In this document: piece after piece, positions 27,301 to 36,921 of the stretch | How the letters are laid out: the number at the start of each line of letters is the position of its first letter | How positions within the stretch are numbered: position 1 is the first letter of the stretch | NCBI GenBank assembly: GCA_964438935.1 | Contig: CAYTNC010000001.1 | Span: 17,975 to 81,974, forward strand | Source of the DNA: an uncultured Bacteroidales bacterium | GTDB taxonomy: Bacteria; Bacteroidota; Bacteroidia; Bacteroidales; UBA10428 | Length of the DNA: 64,000 nt | Direction: 5' to 3' | The notes under the pieces: generated by a model | The model's database searches: none | Told to the model about the DNA's origin: nothing | What the model saw: the letters and a program-made list of their open reading frames with translations, nothing else | Made by a program: the position numbers and the translations under genes

Positions 27301-29924
27301 GTATGCTCACTTTCAATTCTGATAAGGAAAAATACCGGGTAGGAGAATTTGCTGAAATCATTGTTCCCACAAGCGGAAGCGGAAATGCCCTGTTGAGTAT
27401 TGAAAACGGCTCAAGAATAATAAGTAAAGAATGGCTTGTTTCAAATGGTAAGGAGATCCGGCACAAATTCCAGATTACTGCTGATATGGCCCCAAACGTA
27501 TACGCTCATGTAACACTCATTCAGCCTCATGCCAGTTCGGAGAATGATATGCCCATGAGGCTTTATGGTGTGATACCTGTTTTGGTTGAAGATCCGCAGA
27601 CCCGGATATCACCGGTAATTGTAATGCCAGATAATCTGGAACCATTACAACAGTTCAAAGTAGAGGTTAGCGAAAAAAGCAGACGGGAAATGACTTATAC
27701 CCTGGCCATTGTTGAAGAGGGCCTGCTGGATCTTACGCGGTTTGAGACGCCCGATCCCTGGAGCCTGTTTTACGCACGTGAGGCGCTTGGCGTGAGGTCA
27801 TGGGACCTGTATGACATGGTTATCGGTGCTTATGGAGGCAAACTAACCAGCATACTGGGAATCGGAGGAGATGATGAACTGAAGGGAGGCCAGTCAGCTG
27901 AAAAGGCAAACCGGTTCAAACCGGTTGTTAAATACCTGGGTCCTTTTACTGTTAAAGCGGGCAAGACCAACAGCCACAAGCTGGTGATGCCAAATTATAT
28001 TGGTTCTGTCAGAGCTATGGTAGTGGCAGGAATAGACGGAGCATACGGTTTTGCAGAAAAAACGGTACCCGTGAAAAAACCCCTCATGGTGCTTGCAACG
28101 CTGCCCCGCGTATTGGGTACCGGTGAATCGGTTAAACTTCCGGTTACCGTATTTGCAATGGACAACCAGATCAAACAGGTTTCAGTTTCAGTAAAAACCA
28201 ATGAATTCTTAATTTCTGAGGGCGGAACAACCCAGCCGCTTACCTTTACCCAAACAGGCGATAAAATGGTGGAGTTTGAGTTCAAAACAGCCCGGAAAAC
28301 AGGTATTGGTAAAGTTCAGGTAACAGCAACAAGTGGCAGAAATACAGCTGTATATGATATTGAGTTGGATGTCAGGAATGCCAATCCGCCGGTGACTACT
28401 TTCACCGGTAATACTGTTGAGGCAGGAAAAACGCAGGAAATCACCTTTACCTTACCGGGTATGGAAAATACCAACAGGGCTGTATTGGAAGTGTCCGGAA
28501 TTCCTCCTATTGACGCCGAACGGAGGTTGCGCTACCTGATCAATTATCCGCACGGATGTATTGAACAGATTACATCAACAGTTTTTGCCCAGCTGTTTCT
28601 TACAGATCTTGTAGAACTTGATGAAAACTCAAAATCAGACATTGAGAGAAACATCAAGGCAGGAATCAGTAAGCTTCAGCGCTTCCAGGTCGCCGGAGGG
28701 GGACTTGCCTATTGGCCCGGGAATCTGGTCCCCGATCCCTGGGGAAGTTCCTATGCAGGACATTTTCTGATTGAGGCTGAGAAGAAGGGCTACGCGTTGC
28801 CTTCAGGAATGAAATCTTCCTGGTTGAAATCGCAAAAGCAATTTGCCAGGCAATGGAGCCCGGTTCAATACCGGGATGATTCCTATCGTCAGGATGATCT
28901 GGAACAGGCCTATCGCTTGTTTACCCTGGCCCTTGCAAAGGAGCCGGAAATGGCAGCAATGAACCGGCTCAGGGAAGTTAAAAACCTCAGCTTACAAGCA
29001 AAGTGGCGCTTGGCTGCTACTTATGCCCTGGCCGGACAAATGCAGGTAGCTAAGGAATTGGTTGGTCGTGAAAGCACAGAAATACAACCTTATACCGGCT
29101 TATATTCAAGTTATGGTTCACAAGAACGTGATCTTGCCATGTTGCTTGAAACAATGGCTCTGATGAACAACCAAACCCAGGGTGCTATACTTACGCGACG
29201 GATTTCCGAATCGCTTTCATCAGCATCCTGGATGAGTACACAAACCACTGCCTATTGCCTGCTTGCAGTAGCCAAGTTTGCCACCGGGTCGGCAACTGAT
29301 AAGTTGAACTTTTCATACAAACTGGCTAATGGAAAAACGATCAATGTTGTTTCATCCAAACCATTAACCCAGGTCAGGCTGTCTTTGCCCAGGAATGCCA
29401 AAACGTTACCCCTTACAATTAGTAATAGCGGGAAGGCCATTCTCTTTACCCGGATTATTATGGAGGGCATTCCGGAATCGGGAGAGGAGAAAGAATTCAG
29501 CAACAACCTGAATATTAGTATAGCTTACCAGACAAGAGACGGAAAACCAGTTGATGTTTCCAGGGTGCCACAGGGAACTGATTTTCTTGCCATAGTCAGC
29601 ATATATAATCCAGGGGCTTTTCGCTACCGGCAAATGGCTTTGACACAGATTTTCCCTCCCGGCTGGGAAATAAGAAACAACCGGCTGGCTGATGCTGCGA
29701 TTTCTGAAAATTTGAGTGACCCCGAGTATCAGGATATTCGTGACGACAGGATATACACCTATTTCGACCTGGCCAAAGGAGAACGTAAGACCTTTGTTGT
29801 GCAACTGAACGCTGCTTACCTGGGACGGTATTACCTGTCAGGTACCTATTGCGAGGCCATGTACGACAACAGCATTTCTGCCCTGAAAAAAGGTCAGTGG
29901 GTTGAGGTAGTCAATGCCGACTAG
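24345..29924 (+). CDS. bacterial alpha-2-macroglobulin family lipoprotein (thioester-containing)
   Basis: 1859 aa counted from ATG 24345. Signal peptide plus lipobox LLLNLSAC. Thioester motif GCIEQ at 28557-28568 (YPHGCIEQITSTVFAQ). MG-domain-like beta-rich repeats run throughout. The track start at 24273 overlaps the U32 gene and precedes the signal peptide. Confidence 0.85.
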   Translation: MKNQSLLRSCFRLLLAVLLLNLSACNKQNKFRDSINPEFTEKIAAFTSGVISSESTIRIILTEDCAAAGEGNTPADDGLFKFKPAIKGQAFWVDKRTVEYRPSEPLQSGESYTARFNLGDVMKVKKELSVFEFSFTIVQQTWTVTDEGYQTHNENDLVWNRIKGTVNTADYIDNESIKKYFSVSQENKKLKFVWETGEDRRTFHFRIDSVQRKEEAGKVIIAWDASPDYKEIQGKYEVEIPALSDYKVLDVKVVQQPEQYIQIMLSDPVKKNQNFEGLIFLDQGTSLDFSVAGNIIKAFPASRQNGACKITIREGLVNIMGYKLKSDFTFDLTFEVPKPAVRLIGKGVILPSSKGLVFPFEAVNLNAVDVKIIKIFENNIGHFLQVNRLDGSNELKRAGRLIHKQKVELGNVPADLGRWNRFYLDLAKLIEPDPGAIYRIEISFKKRYSLYPCEEQEAEEEVVEEESEDDPESETSYWDSYEEYYDEYYYDYDGDYNWEQRDNPCSKSYYTQNRWVARNVLASDLGIIAKMGSDQTVFCAITSLVTSKPIKGTEVSLFNYQQQLISSGTTDENGFVTLPCKEKPFLLTARFEKQKGYLRLDDGSSLSLGAFDVSGSSIPRGLKAFIYGERGVWRPGDTLFLSCILEDKQKVLPPMHPVLFELYNPKGQLYAKITKTSGINGFYTWSIPTSADALTGNWNLKVKVGGTQFNKTIKIETVKPNRLKINLTFDTKKLSSSKPDTRGEMQVNWLHGAIAANLKARVAVKLTEAPTTFAKYPAFQFTDPAKSFSMEEIELYEGYLDESGKTSIPGRFSVDQSAPGMLNANFTTRVFEKSGDFSIDRVSIPYSPYSAYVGLKTPEGDKRGMLLTDTLHWVDVVLLDENGNAISRSNLEAFVYKLHWRNWWESAGEEIADYIGNTYNKPLVTKKLSTVNGKGKFSFRINRPEWGRFYVRVVDPVSGHAAGKIIYIDWPGWAGRPMRDNPEAASMLTFNSDKEKYRVGEFAEIIVPTSGSGNALLSIENGSRIISKEWLVSNGKEIRHKFQITADMAPNVYAHVTLIQPHASSENDMPMRLYGVIPVLVEDPQTRISPVIVMPDNLEPLQQFKVEVSEKSRREMTYTLAIVEEGLLDLTRFETPDPWSLFYAREALGVRSWDLYDMVIGAYGGKLTSILGIGGDDELKGGQSAEKANRFKPVVKYLGPFTVKAGKTNSHKLVMPNYIGSVRAMVVAGIDGAYGFAEKTVPVKKPLMVLATLPRVLGTGESVKLPVTVFAMDNQIKQVSVSVKTNEFLISEGGTTQPLTFTQTGDKMVEFEFKTARKTGIGKVQVTATSGRNTAVYDIELDVRNANPPVTTFTGNTVEAGKTQEITFTLPGMENTNRAVLEVSGIPPIDAERRLRYLINYPHGCIEQITSTVFAQLFLTDLVELDENSKSDIERNIKAGISKLQRFQVAGGGLAYWPGNLVPDPWGSSYAGHFLIEAEKKGYALPSGMKSSWLKSQKQFARQWSPVQYRDDSYRQDDLEQAYRLFTLALAKEPEMAAMNRLREVKNLSLQAKWRLAATYALAGQMQVAKELVGRESTEIQPYTGLYSSYGSQERDLAMLLETMALMNNQTQGAILTRRISESLSSASWMSTQTTAYCLLAVAKFATGSATDKLNFSYKLANGKTINVVSSKPLTQVRLSLPRNAKTLPLTISNSGKAILFTRIIMEGIPESGEEKEFSNNLNISIAYQTRDGKPVDVSRVPQGTDFLAIVSIYNPGAFRYRQMALTQIFPPGWEIRNNRLADAAISENLSDPEYQDIRDDRIYTYFDLAKGERKTFVVQLNAAYLGRYYLSGTYCEAMYDNSISALKKGQWVEVVNAD

Positions 29925-29925
29925 A

Positions 29926-31017
29926 TCATTTCTTATTGTGGGCTACAAGGTCCATGAATTCATCAAAAAGGAATTCTGTATCCTTGGGCCCGCTTGATGC
30001 TTCGGGATGAAACTGGGTTGAAAAGAAGGGTTTGCTCTTGTGTTTCATCCCTTCATTGGTCTGGTCGTTCAGATTGATGAAGAGCGGTTCCCACTCCTTG
30101 GGCAGTGTGGTATTATCAATTGCGAAACCATGGTTTTGCGAGGTAATATAAGCCTTATTCGTGTTTTTCAGAATTACCGGCTGATTGTGACTCCTGTGCC
30201 CGTACTTCAGTTTAAAGGTGTTGGCCCCGGCAGCAAGGGCAAGCAACTGATTTCCCAAACAAATCCCATAAATAGGAGTATCTCTGTCAAGCGCCTTTTT
30301 CAGGTTGTCAATGGTTTTACCACATTGTTTGGGATCTCCCGGCCCGTTTGATATAAACAAACCATCGTAAGGTTCTTCTGAAAAATCATAATCCCAGGGA
30401 ACGAGCACCACAGTGGTATCCCGTTGCAGCAAATTCCGGATGATATTGTACTTGACTCCACAGTCAATTAACAAAATCCGGTATTTTCCGTTCCCGAACA
30501 CCTTCTTTTCACGAATGCTTACCTGTTCCACCAGGTTATCCTGATTTGGATCGTAAAATGCCAGGTCCTGGTTATTACAAACGATTTTGCCGAGCATGGT
30601 TCCTTCTTCGCGGAGTACTTTGGTCAGTTCGCGCGTATCAATACCATAAATCCCGGGTATTTCATATTCCTTCAGCCAGTCGCCCAGACTTTTATTGGCA
30701 TTCCAATGGCTGTATTCTTCAGTATAATCCGAAATAATCAGGCCTGATATATGCAAGGCATAGGATTCGAAAAATTTATACATGGAATCTTCTGTAAGAT
30801 TACCCGGTACACCATAATTCCCAATAATGGGATAAGTCAGTGCCAGAATCTGACCCTTATAGGAAGGATCAGTGAGACTCTCCGGATAGCCCGTCATAGC
30901 CGTATTAAATACTACTTCGCCGGAAACGGATTTTTCACAGCCAAAAGAAAAACCACTAAACTCCCTACCATCTTGAAGTATTAATCTGATACCAGTTCCT
31001 TTATTCATTGAAATCAT
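29926..31017 (-). CDS. carA: carbamoyl-phosphate synthase small (glutamine amidotransferase) subunit
   Basis: Type-1 GATase triad context (PIYGICLGNQLLA, STQFHPEA) and a CPSase small-chain N-domain (VFNTAMTGYPESLTDPSYKGQIL). Confidence 0.95.
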   Translation of the reverse strand: MISMNKGTGIRLILQDGREFSGFSFGCEKSVSGEVVFNTAMTGYPESLTDPSYKGQILALTYPIIGNYGVPGNLTEDSMYKFFESYALHISGLIISDYTEEYSHWNANKSLGDWLKEYEIPGIYGIDTRELTKVLREEGTMLGKIVCNNQDLAFYDPNQDNLVEQVSIREKKVFGNGKYRILLIDCGVKYNIIRNLLQRDTTVVLVPWDYDFSEEPYDGLFISNGPGDPKQCGKTIDNLKKALDRDTPIYGICLGNQLLALAAGANTFKLKYGHRSHNQPVILKNTNKAYITSQNHGFAIDNTTLPKEWEPLFINLNDQTNEGMKHKSKPFFSTQFHPEASSGPKDTEFLFDEFMDLVAHNKK

Positions 31018-31022
31018 GTAGT

Positions 31023-32489
31023 TTATCTTCTCTCAAATGCCTTAATTATTTCTTCCACCTGTTCGGGTGCGATTTTCTTGGCCAGAATTTTTTTGTCTTT
31101 ATCCAGAATATAGATCTGGGGTGTGGTGATCACATCATAGACCATTTTGAATTCGTAGGAATACGGATTCCAGGCATTAATCCAGTCGTACAACCCCTTG
31201 CTGTTGACAAAATCAACCCATTTTACCTTGCCATCCTCACCAAAGAGGGTGCTGATGGACAATACCTTTACCCCCATTGCTTCCAGACTGTTTTTATAGA
31301 TACTGTATAATTGGGGAACAGCCGTTTTACAGTGACCGCAATCAGCTTCCCAAAAAAGCAGCACCAGATATTTCGCCTCAATTCCGTGAATATGATCCAT
31401 TTTACCAACATGAGGGAAACGGCGCAAGGCAGTATCGGTGGCTGCACTTTTAAAGTGTTCGGCAAACACAACCATAAGCTGGGCATCGGGAGTAATGTTT
31501 CCGATAAGCAGGGGTTTTGTTTTTTCAACTTTGTCTTTCAGTTCGGAAAGAAATTTGGGATCACTCCACCAGGAATCGCGGATGTAATATTTGTCGGCAA
31601 TATGCACATATAAAGCATCCATGCCCATGAGGTTACTTTTCCCAAAATGATTAAAAAGAGTGATCAGCACAAATCTATAGGTGTCTGAATCATGTCGTGC
31701 CTTTTCAATGAGGGAATCGGTATGGAGTATCAACGAATCGGGAATTTGAGGAACTACCTTGTTGACAAAGGTCATCAACTTGTCTTCATAAAGGGGTGTT
31801 CTGAGCAGCCTGGGATCACTCAGGTTGAAATTATCAAAGTAGTGATTCCGGTAATAGTAATACTGCCATGTGGAATCAATAACATGGCCATCTTCATCTT
31901 TGGGAGGGTCGGGAACTTCCACATCAAGCGTGGTCATCAGGAAAGTAGACACAAATAGATCCGGATTTTCCTTCGAAATGCATACAATCTTGTTTTTTCG
32001 TTCATCACCCAGTTGTTTAACTTTTGCGGTGAGCTGCTCCCGGACCTCAGGATTGCTTTCTTTCCGGATCAGAGGCATCAGACTGTCGTTCTTAGTCCGC
32101 AGGGCAATCATGTATTTCTGAAAATCCAGGAAGATTTCATTATCCACAGAACCTTTTACATGCATGGTGTTTACAAAATCAATCGTATCGGTTTCCAGCA
32201 AGAAAGTCTGATCATCACCAATAATGACATCAAAATACCTGTCGTTCCTAAGGAACATGACATACATGCCCGACGGAAGTTTCTTGCTGTTTTTGAATAC
32301 ACCGTATCCCTTGCTGTCAAGCTTTATCGTATCGTCCGGATACATGGATTTACTCAGATAATGTCCGAGGATGACCTGTTTGTCTGCTAATCCGTTTATT
32401 TTTACCTTGATTTCATAACCCTGGCCGTTGCTACGCATGGAAAGCAAACAAGAAAAGATCAGGATGAATAAATAGCGGAATCGTATCAT
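31023..32489 (-). CDS. secreted thioredoxin-fold protein (TlpA/ResA-like) with long N-terminal extension
   Basis: Signal peptide (LFILIFSCLLSMRSNGQ). The C-terminal thioredoxin fold has a CxxC site (LLFWEADCGHCK). The N-terminal beta-rich region (GYEIKVKINGLADKQVILGHY) resembles the DUF4369/DUF5106-type extensions of Bacteroidota TlpA-like proteins. Confidence 0.6.
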   Translation of the reverse strand: MIRFRYLFILIFSCLLSMRSNGQGYEIKVKINGLADKQVILGHYLSKSMYPDDTIKLDSKGYGVFKNSKKLPSGMYVMFLRNDRYFDVIIGDDQTFLLETDTIDFVNTMHVKGSVDNEIFLDFQKYMIALRTKNDSLMPLIRKESNPEVREQLTAKVKQLGDERKNKIVCISKENPDLFVSTFLMTTLDVEVPDPPKDEDGHVIDSTWQYYYYRNHYFDNFNLSDPRLLRTPLYEDKLMTFVNKVVPQIPDSLILHTDSLIEKARHDSDTYRFVLITLFNHFGKSNLMGMDALYVHIADKYYIRDSWWSDPKFLSELKDKVEKTKPLLIGNITPDAQLMVVFAEHFKSAATDTALRRFPHVGKMDHIHGIEAKYLVLLFWEADCGHCKTAVPQLYSIYKNSLEAMGVKVLSISTLFGEDGKVKWVDFVNSKGLYDWINAWNPYSYEFKMVYDVITTPQIYILDKDKKILAKKIAPEQVEEIIKAFERR

Positions 32490-32616
32490 ATTTTATCAAT
32501 GTTATCGTCTCATATTCACAGCCGGCAAAATTAATTATAAATCGGCGAATAAAAAATGACCGGAGACCTGTCAGGAGATTTCCTATATTTGAACATTCAT
32601 CTTTACAACTAAGAAC

Positions 32617-33591
32617 ATGTACACGCTGAGCGATTGTCAAAGTATTGTAAACGAACATATCCGGAAAATGCAACTTCCGGTTTTACCGGAAAATCTCTAT
32701 GATCCCATTCGATATTTATTGAATCTGGAGGCAAAAAGAATCCGTCCCGCACTTGTATTGATGGGGTGCAATGTGTTTTCAGACGACATTGAACAGGTTG
32801 TTTTCCCGGCCCTGGCTATTGAGGTGTTTCACAATTTTACACTGATGCATGATGATATCATGGATCATTCGGAAAGACGCCGGAATAATCTCACCGTTCA
32901 TATCAAATGGAATACGAATGTTGCCATTCTTTCCGGTGATGCCATGCTGATCAAGTCGTATGAATTGCTGAACAGGGTTCACCGGGATTTGTTGCCGCAG
33001 ATTCTTCCGGTTTTCAACCAAACAGCCTTGCAGGTATGTGAAGGACAGCAATATGATATGGACTACGAAAACCGCACTGAAGTTACCATTGAAGAATACC
33101 TGAAGATGATTACTTATAAAACAGCCGTTTTGCTGGCTGCCTCTCTGAAAATAGGAGCTCTTTTGGGAGGAGGGAATGAAGAAGATTCAAGCCTGCTTTA
33201 TGAATACGGGAAAAATCTGGGTATTGCTTTTCAGCTCCAGGATGACCTGCTGGATGTATTTGCCGATCCTGACCTATTCGGGAAGGTTACCGGAAATGAT
33301 ATTGTTACCAATAAAAAAACCATCCTGCTTGTTGAAGCATTGCGGGTCTCATCCGGAGCAAAGCGGAAAGAACTTTTGAACTGGTTAAGTTTGGCCGAAT
33401 TCAGCAAGGATGAAAAGATTAAGGCTGTCAGCACCATTTATACAGAACTGGATATTCCCAGCAAAGTGAGGGAGCGCATTGATCAATATCACCGGTTAGC
33501 CATTGACAGCCTGGAAAGGCTCAGTAAAGAATCGGCAAGAAAGGCAGAATTGCTGTCCTTTGCCGACTACCTGTTACACAGAAAAAAATAA
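32617..33591 (+). CDS. polyprenyl diphosphate synthase family protein (second paralogue in window)
   Basis: Asp-rich motifs LMHDDIMDHS and QLQDDLLDVF. 324 aa. A TATATTTG (-7-type) motif lies at 32584-32591, 25 nt upstream of the ATG. Confidence 0.8.
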   Translation: MYTLSDCQSIVNEHIRKMQLPVLPENLYDPIRYLLNLEAKRIRPALVLMGCNVFSDDIEQVVFPALAIEVFHNFTLMHDDIMDHSERRRNNLTVHIKWNTNVAILSGDAMLIKSYELLNRVHRDLLPQILPVFNQTALQVCEGQQYDMDYENRTEVTIEEYLKMITYKTAVLLAASLKIGALLGGGNEEDSSLLYEYGKNLGIAFQLQDDLLDVFADPDLFGKVTGNDIVTNKKTILLVEALRVSSGAKRKELLNWLSLAEFSKDEKIKAVSTIYTELDIPSKVRERIDQYHRLAIDSLERLSKESARKAELLSFADYLLHRKK

Positions 33592-33618
33592 TCCGGTCTG
33601 CATGGCATAACCGGATTA
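33589..33618. terminator. bidirectional intrinsic terminator between convergent polyprenyl synthase and DUF2723 genes
   Basis: TAATCCGGT (33589-33597) pairs with ACCGGATTA (33610-33618). An A7 run lies on the left (a T-run for the minus-strand transcript) and a T-rich tract (GTTGTTTTCTTTT) on the right. Confidence 0.65.
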
Positions 33619-33642
33619 TCCTGGTTGTTTTCTTTTAAAGCA

Positions 33643-36600
33643 TCAAAGGCCGTTCAACATTTTGGTATAAGTTGAATAATGGCCGGTTGAAATTTCGTTG
33701 ATATGTTCACTGATGGCTTTCTGGTCAACGCTCAAGCTTAAATTAACCAGGTTCTGCATGATCTGGAACTGATAAAGGATCTCGTTGTTGATAGATGCTA
33801 TGAAGCGGGGATTCTGGTCAAGATAATAGGCAAGTTTTTCATTGCCAATAAGAGTGAGTTTATTTACCAAATCATTACCCTTGTCGGTTTTATTGCACCT
33901 GTAGTAACCGTTTGCAATCTGGATGATTGTGTGATCATAGGGTATTTTTTCATGAGGTGTAATTTCAATCACACGATCCAGAACCTGAATGGCTTTGGTG
34001 GTATCTCCCTGTTCAATGAGCGCATTGGCGAGTTGCACGAACCGGTTTCTCAGCCGGAGAACAGAGGTTGTGCGTACATGAAAATCATCCAGGTAAACAT
34101 CAGGCTCATTCATCCTGCCCCAGCGGAACTTGTTCATCAGGTTGTCATACAGCAGGTCAACTTCTATGCGGCCTGCTTCATATCTGCCAATACTTTGTGA
34201 TTTAATGGGTACCAACCGGTAGGCAAAACCTTCAAGTTGCATGTAGTCTTCAAGTCCGAGTGTGCCTTCATGACCGATCGAGGCAAAATAAATGGGCCTT
34301 TGCCAGTTGTTGTTGGCCAGAATATCCATTACAATCAGTCCGCTCTTACTCATACTGCTTTGGTTATAAGTCCATTCAATAAAAGGCGGAATTTTATCCT
34401 TGTCTTTTGGGCTCACGGTACCGTTTTTCACAACCAGCGCCGTATCAACCGAAAGCCGGAAGTTTCTGGTGGGAATGAAATTGAATTTTTCTCCTGTTGT
34501 TGATTCAACCTGAGCCTGGGGCAGGTCGCTGGATGCGAAGGCCAATATTTCCTTCAGATCAGCAGCCTGTTTCATTCGTTCCTGAACAAATACCACATCC
34601 CTTGTGCCGTTGATGTATTGTTTGGGGGTAAGAGATATGGGCAGCACGTCGGATTCATAAGCTTTCCGGCGCATCTGATCCACATGCCAGTCCATGTTTA
34701 GCAGCATCAGATTCACCACCCTTACATCTGTGCGGATACCTTCAACTTCCTGGGCATACCAAAGCGGAAAAGTATCGTTGTCGCCATTTGTGAAAAGAAT
34801 GGCATTGGGGGCACAGGTCATCAGGTAATTGTAAGCAACATCCCGGGCGGTAAATCGACCGGAACGATCATGGTCATCCCAGTTTTCAGACGCCATGATT
34901 CCGGGAACCAGGAAGAGGCATAACAACGATGTTAAAACAGCAGAAAACTTGTTTCTGAGTTTCACGGAGAGCGAATCATAAAGAGCTACTACACCTAATC
35001 CGATCCAGATTGCAAAGGCATAGAACGATCCGGCATAAGCATAGTCGCGTTCCCGGGGTTGGTTGGGAGTTTGGTTCAGATAAACCACTATGGCAATACC
35101 GGTAAGTACAAATAGTAGCATGACTACCCAGAAGTTCCTGGAATCGCGCTGCATCTGAAAAATGAGGCCGAATAAGCCCAGCAGCAAGGGCAGGAAATAA
35201 TAGGTGTTTCTTGAGGGAATCTGCTTCATGCTTTCGGGCATCTTTTCCTGGTTACCGATCAGCACTTCATCAATTGCATTGATGCCACTGATCCAGTTGC
35301 CGTTAAGCGGATCTCCGTAACCCTGGATATCATTTTGCCTTCCTGCAAAATTCCACATGAAGTAACGGAAATACATTTGTCCGATCTGGTATGTGAAAAA
35401 GAACTTCAGGTTGTTGATAAATCCTGGCGGATCTTTGGGCGAATTCCGGTCGTAAACAGGCTTTCCTTCACTATCGGTTACTGCATTTCCCTGTGAATCA
35501 CGCCGCAGATTATACAGCCGGCTTTCTTTCAAACCTGCCCATTCCATATAAACATCCACATGATCACGCTCCGAACTCCACATCCGGGGGAACAGAGTGG
35601 TAAACCTGCTGTCATACTGATAGGATAGTTTCTGGTTGGTGACTTTGTATTTTCCTTCAATTGGTGAATAAGTTGCTTTTCCTTGATTGAATCCAACCGG
35701 TTCTGCATTGAAATACTGCCCTTTCATCAGTGGACGATCACCGTATTGTTCCCGGTTCAGGTAGTACTGCAGTGAAAAAATATTATCGGGATTGTTTTCA
35801 TCCATGGGCGGATTGGCAAGCGATCGGATCACAATCATGGTAAAGGAAGCGTACCCGATGATGATCATTACAAACATCAGGATAACAGTGTTCACCAAAA
35901 CCATCCGGCGCTGATGTGTTTTCCACAATCCGTAAGCGATACCGGCAAGCAGCAAGGCAAAGTATACAATCACTCCCGAATGATAAGGAAGTCCGAATCC
36001 ATTTACAAAAATCAGTTCGAAGCGGGAAGCCAGCCATACCAAACCCGGAATGATCACATACATCATAACACCCAGAATGACAACTGAAGCGAGCAGGGCC
36101 TTGATGACTCCGCGGGAAGTTACAGTGTACTTTCGGAAGTAGTATACCATTACGATAGCCGGTATTGCCAAAAGGTTCAGCAGGTGAACACCAATGGAAA
36201 GCCCCATCAGATAAGCAATCAGTACGAGCCATCTGTTGGCAGAAGGCTTGTCGGCTTCGTTTTCCCATTTAAGCACAGCCCAGAAAACAACTGCAGTAAA
36301 CAAGGACGAACTGGCGTATACCTCGCCTTCAACAGCTGAAAACCAAAAGGTATCGGAAAAAGTATAGGCCAATGCGCCAACAATTCCGCTTCCGAAAACA
36401 ATGATCTTGTCGCGTACACTCAATTCTTCAGGATCGGAATTACCGGTATTGGAAAACTGCAAACGGTATCCGATCAGTTTAACGGCCAGGTGAGTGATGG
36501 TCCAGTAAAGGAACATGATGGTAAAGGCACTGGCAATTGCCGAAAAAGCATTGACCATCATGGCAACGCGATCCACCTGGCTTCCTGCAAAAAGCGAAAA

Positions 36601-36789
36601 GAAGCGGGCAATGATCATGAATAAAGGTGCTCCGGGAGGATGTCCCACCTGCAATTTGAAGGCACTGGAAATAAACTCACCACAGTCCCATAAACTTACA
36701 GTTGGTTCAAGAGTCAACAGGTACACCACGGCAGAAATAAGAAACACAATCCACCCGTTCATGTTATTGATAAGCCTGAATCTGGTCAT
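33643..36789 (-). CDS. DUF2723 (GT117-like) large polytopic membrane protein
   Basis: The conserved N-terminal block LEPTVSLWDCGEFISSAFKLQVGHPPGAPLF is characteristic of DUF2723. It has more than 10 TM spans and a large soluble C-terminal half. I moved the start to ATG 36789 (MTRFRLINNMNGW...). The track start at 36975 adds 62 low-complexity residues and overlaps yciH. Confidence 0.6.
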   Translation of the reverse strand: MTRFRLINNMNGWIVFLISAVVYLLTLEPTVSLWDCGEFISSAFKLQVGHPPGAPLFMIIARFFSLFAGSQVDRVAMMVNAFSAIASAFTIMFLYWTITHLAVKLIGYRLQFSNTGNSDPEELSVRDKIIVFGSGIVGALAYTFSDTFWFSAVEGEVYASSSLFTAVVFWAVLKWENEADKPSANRWLVLIAYLMGLSIGVHLLNLLAIPAIVMVYYFRKYTVTSRGVIKALLASVVILGVMMYVIIPGLVWLASRFELIFVNGFGLPYHSGVIVYFALLLAGIAYGLWKTHQRRMVLVNTVILMFVMIIIGYASFTMIVIRSLANPPMDENNPDNIFSLQYYLNREQYGDRPLMKGQYFNAEPVGFNQGKATYSPIEGKYKVTNQKLSYQYDSRFTTLFPRMWSSERDHVDVYMEWAGLKESRLYNLRRDSQGNAVTDSEGKPVYDRNSPKDPPGFINNLKFFFTYQIGQMYFRYFMWNFAGRQNDIQGYGDPLNGNWISGINAIDEVLIGNQEKMPESMKQIPSRNTYYFLPLLLGLFGLIFQMQRDSRNFWVVMLLFVLTGIAIVVYLNQTPNQPRERDYAYAGSFYAFAIWIGLGVVALYDSLSVKLRNKFSAVLTSLLCLFLVPGIMASENWDDHDRSGRFTARDVAYNYLMTCAPNAILFTNGDNDTFPLWYAQEVEGIRTDVRVVNLMLLNMDWHVDQMRRKAYESDVLPISLTPKQYINGTRDVVFVQERMKQAADLKEILAFASSDLPQAQVESTTGEKFNFIPTRNFRLSVDTALVVKNGTVSPKDKDKIPPFIEWTYNQSSMSKSGLIVMDILANNNWQRPIYFASIGHEGTLGLEDYMQLEGFAYRLVPIKSQSIGRYEAGRIEVDLLYDNLMNKFRWGRMNEPDVYLDDFHVRTTSVLRLRNRFVQLANALIEQGDTTKAIQVLDRVIEITPHEKIPYDHTIIQIANGYYRCNKTDKGNDLVNKLTLIGNEKLAYYLDQNPRFIASINNEILYQFQIMQNLVNLSLSVDQKAISEHINEISTGHYSTYTKMLNGL

Positions 36790-36921
36790 TACAATTGAAT
36801 TAATAAATATTGAGATGATTGAATGGCAAAACTGAATAATTTTGAAAAAAACCAAATTTAATAGAGAATATCGGAATAATAAATAGTTTCGCAAAAGTAC
36901 CCTAAAATAACAAGCTGAATT

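Noticed and set aside
35798-36268. A 156-aa same-strand, alternative-frame ORF inside the DUF2723 gene.
   Set aside because: It is Cys/Arg/Gly-rich with no motifs. The main frame encodes continuous TM helices consistent with the family.
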